Virus record (IMG/VR): IMGVR_UViG_3300014205_000010
Coordinates: 27,321 to 91,320 of that record
Reading direction: 5' to 3' (one strand)
Origin: a virus
Taxonomy: Duplodnaviria > Caudoviricetes
DNA: 64,000 bases
Part shown: positions 10,588 through 20,217 of the stretch, piece by piece
How positions within the stretch are numbered: the stretch's first letter is position 1
How the letters are laid out: the number at the start of each line of letters is the position of its first letter
Program-made: the position numbers and the translations under genes
Notes under the pieces: generated by a model
Database searches by the model: none
Told to the model about the DNA's origin: nothing
What the model saw: only the letters and a program-made list of their open reading frames with translations

Positions 10588-11109
10588 TTATTCCGAGGTT
10601 TTTTCTATTATTTTAGCCAAGAATCTTTGTCTCATTCCATGAATAGCTGACTGATGAGAATACCCATACTTTTTTGCGAGATTCGTATCTGTATCGGTTC
10701 TAAAAACAGCTTCTATTAACACTGGTTTTTTATCTTTTAATGCAGCTGTTATTTGCATCAATTTTTCTCTATCTTCAATTAACTGTGCTAAATCATATGG
10801 AGCAGGTTTTTCTTCTTCTTCTTTAATTTCTTGTAAAAGAGTTGGTCTAAGAATTCTCCTTCTATTCATCTCTGCTTTTATTCCATTTGCCATATAAGTC
10901 TGAATTTTTTTACTTGCCCAATAATTCCACGGAACTCCTAAAGCAGAGTTATAAGTTTTATTGGCCATCATCAAGCCCCAAAAACCATCACTTACAAGTT
11001 CATCAATATCTAGGTAATAAGTGTCAAATTTTTTCATCAATCGCCAGGCTATATTGTAAACAATCTTTGTATCTGTTTCATCTATACAGTTAAATACCAC
11101 GAGATTCAA
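10588..11109 (-). CDS. Phage sigma70-family factor (region 2 plus C-terminal HTH)
   Basis: DELVSDGFWGLMMANKTYNSALGVPWNYWASKKI region-2 pattern; C-terminal LAKKYGYSHQSAI HTH. Confidence 0.75.
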   Translation of the reverse strand: MNLVVFNCIDETDTKIVYNIAWRLMKKFDTYYLDIDELVSDGFWGLMMANKTYNSALGVPWNYWASKKIQTYMANGIKAEMNRRRILRPTLLQEIKEEEEKPAPYDLAQLIEDREKLMQITAALKDKKPVLIEAVFRTDTDTNLAKKYGYSHQSAIHGMRQRFLAKIIEKTSE

Positions 11110-11578
11110 TAGTGCAGGCTAAATAATAGCCTAATAGAACAGCATCATAAACGTCATATGGTAGGTCATCGTCTAAATCAAAAATCTCGATGACAAGTTT
11201 TTTTACTCTCTCCTTTGCTGTTGCTGAATCTCTAGCACCTACACCATGATAGGCTCTTACTGTCATGGCATTTTCTTGAACCAGTTTAACATCTTTCAGA
11301 AGATCTATGACTTCTTTAATCAGTTTGATTGCAACTACTAGAGGTACTGAACCTCTATCAACTTTGAACGTTCTCTCCAACATAACATATTCTGGTTGAT
11401 GCTCTGATAATAGATCTATGACTGTGCCATATATCCTATTGAGCTTATGTAGTATGGTGTCACAGCCTTCAAACTCTACACTTCCGCTATCTATAAGGTT
11501 AACGTCTTCACCTTTAAGGGTGAGTACTGCGTATCCAAGTGTGGTAGTTCCGGGATCTATCGCTAAAATTGTTTTCAT
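11090..11578 (-). CDS. ruvC: RuvC-like Holliday junction resolvase
   Basis: ILAIDPGTTTLGYAV, central Glu (VMLE), C-terminal DVYDAV. Confidence 0.85.
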   Translation of the reverse strand: MKTILAIDPGTTTLGYAVLTLKGEDVNLIDSGSVEFEGCDTILHKLNRIYGTVIDLLSEHQPEYVMLERTFKVDRGSVPLVVAIKLIKEVIDLLKDVKLVQENAMTVRAYHGVGARDSATAKERVKKLVIEIFDLDDDLPYDVYDAVLLGYYLACTIESRGI

Positions 11579-11993
11579 CTGCTAAATCGATCTCCTCTAT
11601 TAGGGTTAACCCTTGATTCTTGGTCTCTAATAGTAACCTGCCTACTTAAAGATTCATACATGATTTTCATAGACTCTGATAATTTTTCTAATCTCTTCAT
11701 CATACCTTGAACTAAAGCATAGGTTCTTTCTTCATCTGGAGATATACTTCTACCTTTAATTCTTTTTTCTGTAGCAACTATACAGTATATAGCTGTTACT
11801 TCTCCAAGGAGGCTGTCGATAAAAGCCTTCCAGTTGGCTGTGTGTTGTAACTTTTCAGCTAATAGTCTCCCCGACAGATCCTTCAGATTCGGCAGTGAAT
11901 AACTTGGCTCGCCTTCTGGCACGGCTAATGTTGGCAATCCTCTTCGCTGCAGGGCTCTCTCGAGACTTTCTATCAGTTCCTGACTTTCCCCAA
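11575..11993 (-). CDS. Coiled-coil protein (start uncertain; see frameshift finding)
   Basis: Helical ORF ending LSRQVTIRDQE. Plausible coding portion begins near 11993. Confidence 0.55.
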
Positions 11994-12691
11994 CAGGACT
12001 CTTTGTGAGCGCAGAAACGACAGCGCTCATCGTTGGAGGTCTTTGGCTCTTTCTCTGGGAGGGTGCCTTCTCTTCTGTGCTTTGAGAGCCTAACGAGCCT
12101 TCGCTCGAGTTTTTCACCGAGTTTTTGGTCGTAGTCGATGTCGATGATGTCCCAGCGCGGCGTGGTCTCTCCGTTCCGTCCCTCAAAGTTTTTCTCCCTG
12201 TCAATATACACAAGCCATCCCTTAGAAAGCTTGAGTAAATGCATATACATCATTATTTGATAAATATGAGACTTGTCTGGCGGTTTTTTACCAGATGCAA
12301 TTAAATCAAAATCTCTTGAGCCTTTGGTCTTGACTTCAATGGCTATATCTTCACCTTCCCAAACTCCGAGTCCATCCATATAGCCATTTGCTTCAAGATG
12401 TCTAATGTTTACCTGCATATCTTTCCAGAGTATGCCACCATGCTTCAACAGATTTGCCTGCTTGAATCTCTCTAAAATCCAAACTTCGTAAGCACTGCCC
12501 CAGCTCATATTCATCATGCCACGCATGTCTGGTGGTTCAAAATCTGCTTCAGTTGCTCTTAAATCTAGCATAGTTTTAAGCATACAATCTCCGATAAGAC
12601 GCATGCCGATGCTTCTAGGAGGTCTGAATTTATTGAATGACTCAACAAACACTCTGTTGACTAAAGGAACTGCTTCATGCTTAGGCATCAT
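11855..12691 (-). CDS. Cas4-like / PD-(D/E)xK exonuclease with Fe-S cysteines
   Basis: N-terminal Cys, GYMDG...IEVKT, QIMMYM, C-terminal CRFCAHKESC. Confidence 0.85.
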   Translation of the reverse strand: MMPKHEAVPLVNRVFVESFNKFRPPRSIGMRLIGDCMLKTMLDLRATEADFEPPDMRGMMNMSWGSAYEVWILERFKQANLLKHGGILWKDMQVNIRHLEANGYMDGLGVWEGEDIAIEVKTKGSRDFDLIASGKKPPDKSHIYQIMMYMHLLKLSKGWLVYIDREKNFEGRNGETTPRWDIIDIDYDQKLGEKLERRLVRLSKHRREGTLPEKEPKTSNDERCRFCAHKESCWGKSGTDRKSRESPAAKRIANISRARRRAKLFTAESEGSVGETIS

Positions 12692-12705
12692 AATCCTTAT
12701 CGTAA

Positions 12706-12748
12706 TGAGTTATCAGAGTGAGGTCTGTTGTCGATAACTCACCTCACC
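12706..12748 (-). ncRNA. Putative H-type pseudoknot leader RNA (copy A)
   Basis: P1 GGTGAGG/CCTCACT, P2 TGAGTTATC/GATAACTCA, loop GACAAC. Starts just after a TGnTATACT -10 box and precedes an AAGGA RBS. Homologous copy at 41821. Confidence 0.55.
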
Positions 12749-12771
12749 TATATAGTATATCACATACACTT

Positions 12772-13089
12772 TTAATGTTGTATCATAAACCAGGAAATGA
12801 ATGAATCGTAGTCCATAACTACATATTTCTTGCCGTTTACATCAAGAGCCATAGTAGGCCAGGTACCATTAGAGGCAGCTATTCTATCAACTTCTTTCCA
12901 GTCAGTGTTTTTTAGTGAAAATGAATCTCTTGCTGTTGTTTTGCAAGAAACAGTAAAGTCTTTTCCGACTACATCTCCTTTGGCAAACCACTGATTACCA
13001 CTGCCTGGAGTAGTATTGGCTTTAAAGTCATGAGCGACTTTTTCTTCAAACTTACTCCACTGTGGTTTCGGCATCTGGTTCAACCTCAT
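12772..13089 (-). CDS. Hjc-like PD-(D/E)xK resolvase/nuclease
   Basis: FEEKVA...PGSG...KGDV...VSCKTT pattern. Confidence 0.7.
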   Translation of the reverse strand: MRLNQMPKPQWSKFEEKVAHDFKANTTPGSGNQWFAKGDVVGKDFTVSCKTTARDSFSLKNTDWKEVDRIAASNGTWPTMALDVNGKKYVVMDYDSFISWFMIQH

Positions 13090-13381
13090 ACATATAATCT
13101 GGCTTTACATAGAATTTGTTAATATCGTAGTCGGCAAGAAAAATCATAACACTACCATTGCCATGACGCCACACTGCCTTGGATCCCTGTCCAACATCCT
13201 CAATTTTAACTAGACCAGTGTTATCAATCACATCTATACCATGCTTGGTATAAAGTTTCATGATAATAAACGGACCTTCAATTGCTCCAGTATCAGCCTT
13301 CTTGAATAAGTGCATACCCATCTTGACTTCGCCAATTTTATTTAACATTCTGTATCTACTAGCCATTGAAATTCTCCTCAA
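13052..13381 (-). CDS. Hypothetical protein
   Basis: ORF coupled to neighbours. Confidence 0.5.
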   Translation of the reverse strand: MRRISMASRYRMLNKIGEVKMGMHLFKKADTGAIEGPFIIMKLYTKHGIDVIDNTGLVKIEDVGQGSKAVWRHGNGSVMIFLADYDINKFYVKPDYMYEVEPDAETTVE

Positions 13382-14447
13382 TTAATTTTCTTTTTTCAGT
13401 TCGATCTAAAGAACCGAACCAATCCATTATTCTGAGATTTTTCGCATACTCAGCGTACGGTCTGAGATCAATAAATTGTTTTCCTCGTCTAGGATTGGAT
13501 TCTCTTTGTAGGGTTCGTCTTGCACTTGCTCCGAGCCACTCTCCCATGAAGCAGGTGACAGCCTTCCCAGCCTGTGCATATTGATTTCCCACGTTTCCGA
13601 TAAATTCGAATTCATCTCCGTAACCAAAGATTCGAGCTTCTTCACGAACAGTGAGAAATCTGTCAAAGCTTGGGTGGATAATTGTAGGGCCGCCGGTGAT
13701 TGTGGGCCCAGGAGATCTCCAACTTGCTCTCCTAGTAGGACCGAAAGGTTGACCATATAGATTATCTCTAGCTGAGGGGAGTCTTCTCCAGATTTCCGAG
13801 GCTGTAAATCCAGGTGGAATATACTTCGCGATGGAAGCGACTTGCCCTGTGAATTTAGTTTTGTCATGATTCAGAAATTCTCCTTCTGCTATAAATTGTA
13901 AATCCCAGATAGCATCTTTTATTGTTGGAACTGGCATTGGATTAAATTTTGCCAGCTTAAAGTCGTATTTACTAGCTATATAATGAAATCTCGGTCTTAT
14001 CTGTGGGCTACCATGTAATACGCTATCGGAGAACAGATAAGTATGCTGATACTCATGGAAAATACTATCCAGGTCGGCGAGTATATCTTGACCTTTATTC
14101 CATAGGCCAGGAACAGACTCCATAATAAAAATATCGGTATCCAAAGCCATGGCAATATCAGCACACTCATACATACAGTTATTAATTGGGTCGTGTGAAC
14201 CACGATTAGCACCCATAACTGAAAAGGCTGAACATGGAGGATTTGCCACGACCAGATTAATATTTTTTGGTAAATAACTACCCCATTTATTCTTCGGATA
14301 TATTATCGGAAATGAAAAATTATGCCTGGCAGTCTCAAGGCCAAGACCAAGATTTTCGTACATGGCTTTTACTTCAAAACCAGCTCTTTGTATCCCAATT
14401 ATAAACGAGCCAGCAAAAATATGGACACCTACCGCTGTTAAGCTCAT
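13359..14447 (-). CDS. C5-cytosine DNA methyltransferase-like enzyme with atypical motifs
   Basis: Motif IV NPPCSAFS, VI ESVP, VIII PQIRPR, IX RFLTVREEARIFGY, X QAGKAV; motif I HIFAGSF. Confidence 0.85.
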   Translation of the reverse strand: MSLTAVGVHIFAGSFIIGIQRAGFEVKAMYENLGLGLETARHNFSFPIIYPKNKWGSYLPKNINLVVANPPCSAFSVMGANRGSHDPINNCMYECADIAMALDTDIFIMESVPGLWNKGQDILADLDSIFHEYQHTYLFSDSVLHGSPQIRPRFHYIASKYDFKLAKFNPMPVPTIKDAIWDLQFIAEGEFLNHDKTKFTGQVASIAKYIPPGFTASEIWRRLPSARDNLYGQPFGPTRRASWRSPGPTITGGPTIIHPSFDRFLTVREEARIFGYGDEFEFIGNVGNQYAQAGKAVTCFMGEWLGASARRTLQRESNPRRGKQFIDLRPYAEYAKNLRIMDWFGSLDRTEKRKLIEENFNG

Positions 14448-15022
14448 TTTATCGGAATACCTTTTCTTTTGAAATAATCTCCATCTGCTAATATTATCTT
14501 AATACGATATTCTCTTCTAAAACACTCAACCTTATCTAAGCCAATATGCCGGCCCTTTACTTCAATCCAGGTGTTTTTTTCAGGTAAGAAAAAATCTGGT
14601 AGATATGTTCCAATAGAAATTTTGAATCTTTTTGGTTCATAAATCCATTTTATATTTTTAGAATCTAGCCATCTTGCAAAGCTTGATTCCCATCTACTTC
14701 TAAACCAGATATTTTTGTATTGTACTCGTCTTGTAATTCTATGATTTTCAGGTTTAAATCTTCCTTCCATCATAGCTGTAATTACTTTGGCTGATATTTT
14801 AGCTCTAGTTTCAGAGTTTAATTTTTGACCTTTGAGCTTATTAGAAATTTTATTTTTACATTCTTGAGATCGAGGCTTTCCTTTTCTCCAGGCTGCTTGT
14901 CTTATTAATTCTTCTTTTGTTCTATTTCTAGTTGCATTAGCAATTTTATTACTATGTTCTGGATCACAAACCTTGCAATAGTTGTGAGCTTTACCGCATG
15001 ATTTGATGGTCCAGTTTCTCAT
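14444..15022 (-). CDS. Free-standing homing-endonuclease-like protein (NUMOD3 repeats + PD-(D/E)xK nuclease)
   Basis: KGKPRSQECKNKIS and KGQKLNSETRAKIS NUMOD3-like repeats; RSRWE...YEP...YLPDF...IEVKG nuclease. Confidence 0.8.
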   Translation of the reverse strand: MRNWTIKSCGKAHNYCKVCDPEHSNKIANATRNRTKEELIRQAAWRKGKPRSQECKNKISNKLKGQKLNSETRAKISAKVITAMMEGRFKPENHRITRRVQYKNIWFRSRWESSFARWLDSKNIKWIYEPKRFKISIGTYLPDFFLPEKNTWIEVKGRHIGLDKVECFRREYRIKIILADGDYFKRKGIPIK

Positions 15023-16047
15023 ATAGCAGCCATTACCTGTTTTCTTATGTCAATTAAAGCTGCTCTATCTGATTTTAAGAAATCTGCAAATGCTTTGGCT
15101 CCTCTGTAATTGATACCATCATATTTATAGAATGCCCCTGACTGAGTAATAATGCCTGTAACACGCCCAGCTGCAATAATATCTTTGATTCTATCGATTT
15201 TGCCGTTGTAATAGAAATCAAATTCGGCTTCTTTTCCATGAGGGCCTCCGACTTTACATTTTCTTACTCTAGCCTTTACTGTATGACCAACCTGTGCTTC
15301 TTTGTTTTTTGGATTAACTGGAACAGATAGATACGATGGTATATCATTCGGTTTTATCCATTCGCCAGCCCTGAGTTCAATCCTGAGTGAAGCGAAGAAC
15401 TTAAGGCCTCTACCACCTGGTTGAAAATCTCCTGCTCTGGGCCCACCGATAGTACTTCTATTTTGATTAATTATGACGATTGCTGTGTTGTGGTTTCTTG
15501 CATTAATTCTCTTGAATCCGAGGTTATTAACTCTAGCATCAACTGCCATGTGCGTTTGCATGTCATTATCTGTGATGGCCATAGGAGCGAACGCGGTAAG
15601 AGAATCAAGAATGATGAGGTCAACTGGCTCAAAGTCATGATACTCCTTGCTCCTTGGATTACCTAGATTAATAGCCTTGAATAGGATATCAAATCCTTCT
15701 TCAGATTCTGCAATTTGAGATACAACCAACCTAGATACATCTACACCTAGAGTAGTCATCCATGCTGAATCGAAAGATTTTTCTGCATCTACCCATAAGC
15801 ATGTCATTTTCTTTTTCTGAGCTTCTACGATAATTTTGGCTGCGATAGCTGATTTACCAGCTGACTCATTGCCAAATATCTCGGTTGTCTTACCCATTGG
15901 GATTCCACCATTAGTTGCCCAATCTAAAAAGAGAGATCCAGTTGATATTCTATTTACCTCTTGCTTTTGCCAATCTGATCCAAGGAAAATCGAATCGGCC
16001 CCGTGTTCTTTTTGTATGATTGCTATGAGGTCGCTAATACTTGTCAT
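15019..16047 (-). CDS. recA: RecA/UvsX-like recombinase
   Basis: ISTGSLFLD, Walker A GNESAGKS, DAEKS, IILDS, INQNR, PGGRGLKFFASLRI. Confidence 0.95.
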   Translation of the reverse strand: MTSISDLIAIIQKEHGADSIFLGSDWQKQEVNRISTGSLFLDWATNGGIPMGKTTEIFGNESAGKSAIAAKIIVEAQKKKMTCLWVDAEKSFDSAWMTTLGVDVSRLVVSQIAESEEGFDILFKAINLGNPRSKEYHDFEPVDLIILDSLTAFAPMAITDNDMQTHMAVDARVNNLGFKRINARNHNTAIVIINQNRSTIGGPRAGDFQPGGRGLKFFASLRIELRAGEWIKPNDIPSYLSVPVNPKNKEAQVGHTVKARVRKCKVGGPHGKEAEFDFYYNGKIDRIKDIIAAGRVTGIITQSGAFYKYDGINYRGAKAFADFLKSDRAALIDIRKQVMAAI

Positions 16048-16616
16048 GATTTTTTAGGCTTAGGAAGCATATCTAACGGAGTCCATTCAGCTCGAGTTTT
16101 TCCATATCTTCCAGTGTATTGAGATTCAGTAAGACCAACATTATGGAAAGTAATTTGAGCTATTCTCTCTCCGACTTCAATTGATACGTCAAAGTCAGAA
16201 TCATTAGTCATTTCCATAGTCCAGCGAGATACATAACCAACATCGCCAAGACCAGCACATTTACACACCGAGAGACAGTGTCTACCTGTCGTGGATTTAG
16301 CTTTCATCTCAGTGGTAATGATATTCATACCACCAATGAATTCCTCGGTGTGGCAGAGGATAGTCTCACGCGCTCTGACAACGATCAACTCATCCGCCTT
16401 TATAGGCTTATCCCACATTAAATTGAAAGCATCAGAGGTGCCATAGCGAATTGTAGGCCTTCCAGCATAATATTGTTTTTGCCTAAAAAACCATTCTCCG
16501 AGTCTAACGTCGTATGAATTTGAATTTAACTGGCTATTAAAATATGGGTCAATCAGAATATTTCCTTCTTCCATTTGACCCTTGATTTCTGCATCACTTA
16601 ACATTGAGTGCCTCAT
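16044..16616 (-). CDS. dcd: dCTP deaminase
   Basis: MLSDAEI, NSYDVRLG, AKSTTGR, DVGY..RWTMEM, GERIAQI, YTGRY. Confidence 0.85.
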   Translation of the reverse strand: MRHSMLSDAEIKGQMEEGNILIDPYFNSQLNSNSYDVRLGEWFFRQKQYYAGRPTIRYGTSDAFNLMWDKPIKADELIVVRARETILCHTEEFIGGMNIITTEMKAKSTTGRHCLSVCKCAGLGDVGYVSRWTMEMTNDSDFDVSIEVGERIAQITFHNVGLTESQYTGRYGKTRAEWTPLDMLPKPKKS

Positions 16617-19236
16617 TCTTTCTGAGAATTACAAAAGCTCCTGCTTCTTCTAATGCAGCAACAGCTCTTGAATTTAATTTTCTCTTGACTACTCTTGATT
16701 CGAAATCTTCGAAAGAAATAAATGGTCTCTTAGTTATAATTTCTTCTAGACCAGCTGGTCCAACTCCTTTTACTGTTCCTAATCCGAACCTTATAGAGCC
16801 ATTGTCAAGAGTATATGATTTACCGGATTTATTAATATCAACTCTTCTGATTGGAATTCCTAATCTCTTTGCTTCAGTAACTAACTTATATTGTTTTTCT
16901 TCTTCTATTGTATGGGCAAGTGAAGCAGACATAAACTCAGCTGGATAATGAACCTTCATATACATAGTCCAGTATGATATGAAAGCATAAGCGCATGAAT
17001 GAGATCGGTTAAATCCATATCTTGCAAACGAAAGAATCTGATCCCATAAGGCAGAAGCATCTACTTGATCCATGTTATTCTGTACTGCGCCTCTAACGAA
17101 TTTCTTTCTGAGAATATTTAATTCATCATCTCTGTGTAATTTAACTTGTTCTGACTTTTTAACAATATCTTTTCTGAGTTTTTCTGCATCCGCAAGAGAC
17201 ATATTAGCAAGTTTAGAAGCTAACTCTGTCATCTGTTCTTGATATGTAATAACCCCGTAAGTTCTTCCTAAGACCTGTTCAACAGCAGGGTGCTTGAATT
17301 CATATGTTTCTCTACCAAGTTTTCTTGAGGCGTAGACTTTGTCCATACCCACGTCTCTAGGACCTGGCCTACAGAGAGCACCCGCTGCAATGAGGTCTTC
17401 AAACTCTGTGGGTCTGATGTCTCGCAAAGTTCTTCCAGCGGCATATGCCTCAAACTGGAAAATACCAGTGTAATTACCCCTCTGGAATTCTTTATAGACT
17501 TTACGGTCATCGATTGGATAATCATACACAGAAGTATTTGTAAGCTGTTCACATTCTCTGAGAATTGAGAGGGTGTTAAGTCCAAGAAGGTCAAACTTAA
17601 TAAAACCCATTTCTGATAATTCTTTTGATTCTCCTTCCTGCCAAGCAGACAATAAATCTCCACCGTATCTGATAACGGGGAGAGTTCCATTCGCATCGAC
17701 AGCAAATCCGGCGGCGTGACGGCCCATTTGCCTGATAGAGCCGTGTAGTCTATCCAGACTTTCTCTAATCTGTGGATTTCCATTAAAAATGATTTGAACT
17801 TCAGGGACATTATCTGCTATTTCCTCAATAGTCTCAGCCCAATCTGGTAAGGCTGGCAGTCTAACATCTATCTCCCAAACTCGTATCAAATCTCTGATGA
17901 GGTTTCTATTCTGAAATGTTCCATAAGCAGGAATTTGAAATACTTTTTCTCCATACCTACTTTTTAGTCTATCCATGACTTCGACTCTTCTGTCTCTAGG
18001 AAAGTCTACATCAATATCTGGATACCCTATTCTATCTTTGGTTAGAAATCGCTCAAACATTAAATCGAATTTTATCGGATCTATCGTAGTAATAGAGAGT
18101 AACCAAGATACGATACTGCCAGCAGCAGAACCACGACCTGGACCGACGAATATATCATTTCTCTTAGCCCAGTGAATAAGATCTGCAACGACCAGGAAAT
18201 AGTTTGCGAAACCTTTTTCATTGATTACACCTAGTTCTCTGTCCAATCTATCTTTATATACAGAAAACTCATCAGCTGGTATAATGCCTTCGCCACTCCA
18301 AATGTTTAGCTTCTTATAGCAGAATCCCTTAAGCCATTCTTCTGGTGTTTTATCTTTTACGAATGGTGGAATAGGCAAATTAGGTTCTTCAATTGGACTG
18401 AATTTTTCTATTCTATCAGCTATTAAATCTGTTTCTTGAATAGCCTGTAATGCTCTATCTTCAGATATTCCACCATATTTTTTGGCCCAAACAAGCATTT
18501 CTTTTTCTGTTTTAAGATATAAACCATGAGTAGATTCCCAACCATCACCTCTTTCAGAGGCAATAGTAGTTTTACGAATAATCGCGAGAAGAGTTGTGCG
18601 ATATTTTGCCCAACCTTTTCTTGGATAATGACAATCATTCGTAGCTACAAGAGGAATACCACTCTTGTCAGACAACTTTATCAGAAACTTATTAATTGTT
18701 TGTTGCTGTTCTAATTCGTTAAATTGGATCTCGAGATAAAGTCGGTCTCCAAAGATAGTTCTGAGTCTCTTGAATCGCTGAATAGCCAACTCTCTATCGC
18801 GTTGTCGAATGAGCCCATCTCCAATTGGGCCTTGAACGCATCCAGTGAGGCATATAATACCTTCTTTGTACTGTTCAAGGACTGACCAGTCAATTCTTGG
18901 CCTATTATAGAAACCTGTAATGTGACCTTCATTTGTCGCCTTAATTAAATTGTGATATCCTTCTCTGTTTATAGCCAACAGAGTAAGATGCATTCTTTCT
19001 TCGCCAGGAGATTTAACTAACCTATCTTCTACGAAATAAACTTCACAACCGAAAATTGGTTTAATATCTTGTTGATTACAGGCTAACCAAAATCTAGGAA
19101 ATCCTCCTAGAGTTCCATGATCTGTAATAGCTAGGGCTTTTTGGCCAAATTCAGTGGCTGTCTTAGCCCATTCTTCTACCCGGCAGATAGCATCACCGAT
19201 AGAATATTCTGTATGAACATGTAGGTTAGTTACCAT
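16594..19236 (-). CDS. dnaE: DNA polymerase III alpha subunit (family C) with intact PHP domain and shortened C-terminus
   Basis: HVHTEYS, TDHG, NDCHY, GRGSAAGS, PDIDVDF, KFDLLGL, YGFNRSHS. Confidence 0.95.
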   Translation of the reverse strand: MVTNLHVHTEYSIGDAICRVEEWAKTATEFGQKALAITDHGTLGGFPRFWLACNQQDIKPIFGCEVYFVEDRLVKSPGEERMHLTLLAINREGYHNLIKATNEGHITGFYNRPRIDWSVLEQYKEGIICLTGCVQGPIGDGLIRQRDRELAIQRFKRLRTIFGDRLYLEIQFNELEQQQTINKFLIKLSDKSGIPLVATNDCHYPRKGWAKYRTTLLAIIRKTTIASERGDGWESTHGLYLKTEKEMLVWAKKYGGISEDRALQAIQETDLIADRIEKFSPIEEPNLPIPPFVKDKTPEEWLKGFCYKKLNIWSGEGIIPADEFSVYKDRLDRELGVINEKGFANYFLVVADLIHWAKRNDIFVGPGRGSAAGSIVSWLLSITTIDPIKFDLMFERFLTKDRIGYPDIDVDFPRDRRVEVMDRLKSRYGEKVFQIPAYGTFQNRNLIRDLIRVWEIDVRLPALPDWAETIEEIADNVPEVQIIFNGNPQIRESLDRLHGSIRQMGRHAAGFAVDANGTLPVIRYGGDLLSAWQEGESKELSEMGFIKFDLLGLNTLSILRECEQLTNTSVYDYPIDDRKVYKEFQRGNYTGIFQFEAYAAGRTLRDIRPTEFEDLIAAGALCRPGPRDVGMDKVYASRKLGRETYEFKHPAVEQVLGRTYGVITYQEQMTELASKLANMSLADAEKLRKDIVKKSEQVKLHRDDELNILRKKFVRGAVQNNMDQVDASALWDQILSFARYGFNRSHSCAYAFISYWTMYMKVHYPAEFMSASLAHTIEEEKQYKLVTEAKRLGIPIRRVDINKSGKSYTLDNGSIRFGLGTVKGVGPAGLEEIITKRPFISFEDFESRVVKRKLNSRAVAALEEAGAFVILRKNEALNVK

Positions 19237-19272
19237 ATGATATTCTACTCCATGTATAGCTGGAAGTAAATG

Positions 19273-20217
19273 TTAATACCATTCTAGATGTTTTAACAAA
19301 ATTGAGTATGACCCACAAATAGAAGTATCTATTGTAATATCAGGATTTCTTCTAATCCTGTAATATAGAAGAGTAGATAGCATGTCTTTAACAGTATCAT
19401 CTTCATCTATTGATAGTATTTCCTCAAGAGTCTTGTGCAATTCTTCAGTAGTAAAATCTGTTTTTCGTATTTTATACTCAAGAGTTGATACTCTGTGTAT
19501 GTTTGAAATTAGAGACGTCTTTGTGCTTTCTTGAAAACTAATGATTTTTGGTTCTTCATCTACTATCTGATTAAGAATTTTTACATTACTCTCATATGCA
19601 TGAAGCGAGCCACATATATGAGTATATGTTCCTACACCAAGTGATGTTTGATTTGCTACAATTTCTAGAAGTGAAGCCCAATGATAGAAATCATATGGAA
19701 GGCCTAGATATATATCTTGAGATCTAACGTATACTACAAGATCTAACCATTCACCTCGTGGCAAGAAATGTAACATGATATTACATGGAAAGTCCTTCGT
19801 ATTAACCGTCTGATCTCTTGGCTGATAAATTGTAGCAACTGCTTGTCTTGTACTCTTATCTAGGTTTATTTTATTGATGATGCTCGGTATCTGTCTCATC
19901 AACCTTGGGCCATAAGCTCCATGTAGGGTTCTTCCATCATCAGAAAACTCCCACATCTTCTTGTTATAAAAGCCAATCATGTCTGCTCTGTTATTTTGTG
20001 TAGTTATCCACAAATATTCTGCAATCATGAAGTATGGATTTATTCTTCTGACTTTATTAGTTATAATTTTACTAGTCGGATTTTCCACAACTATAGATGT
20101 AGGCCCGATGTCTAATGTTGGAATACCTCTAGGAGAATATCTTGCTCCATGATCTAGAATATATTTTATTATTTCTGGATATATTGTTTCAATGTCCTCT
20201 GCATCAAATACTTCCAA
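19273..20217 (-). CDS. Thymidylate-synthase-family enzyme, dCMP-type (hydroxymethylase/methylase/hydroxylase)
   Basis: GAYGPR, DFPCN catalytic Cys, RSQD...GLPYD (Asp at the ThyA Asn177 position), SLHAYE. Confidence 0.85.
   Translation of the reverse strand: MEVFDAEDIETIYPEIIKYILDHGARYSPRGIPTLDIGPTSIVVENPTSKIITNKVRRINPYFMIAEYLWITTQNNRADMIGFYNKKMWEFSDDGRTLHGAYGPRLMRQIPSIINKINLDKSTRQAVATIYQPRDQTVNTKDFPCNIMLHFLPRGEWLDLVVYVRSQDIYLGLPYDFYHWASLLEIVANQTSLGVGTYTHICGSLHAYESNVKILNQIVDEEPKIISFQESTKTSLISNIHRVSTLEYKIRKTDFTTEELHKTLEEILSIDEDDTVKDMLSTLLYYRIRRNPDITIDTSICGSYSILLKHLEWY

Noticed and set aside
19273-20217. Ordinary thyA annotation
   Set aside because: Asp replaces the dUMP-specifying Asn, the neighbours are modification genes, and ThyX is encoded separately.
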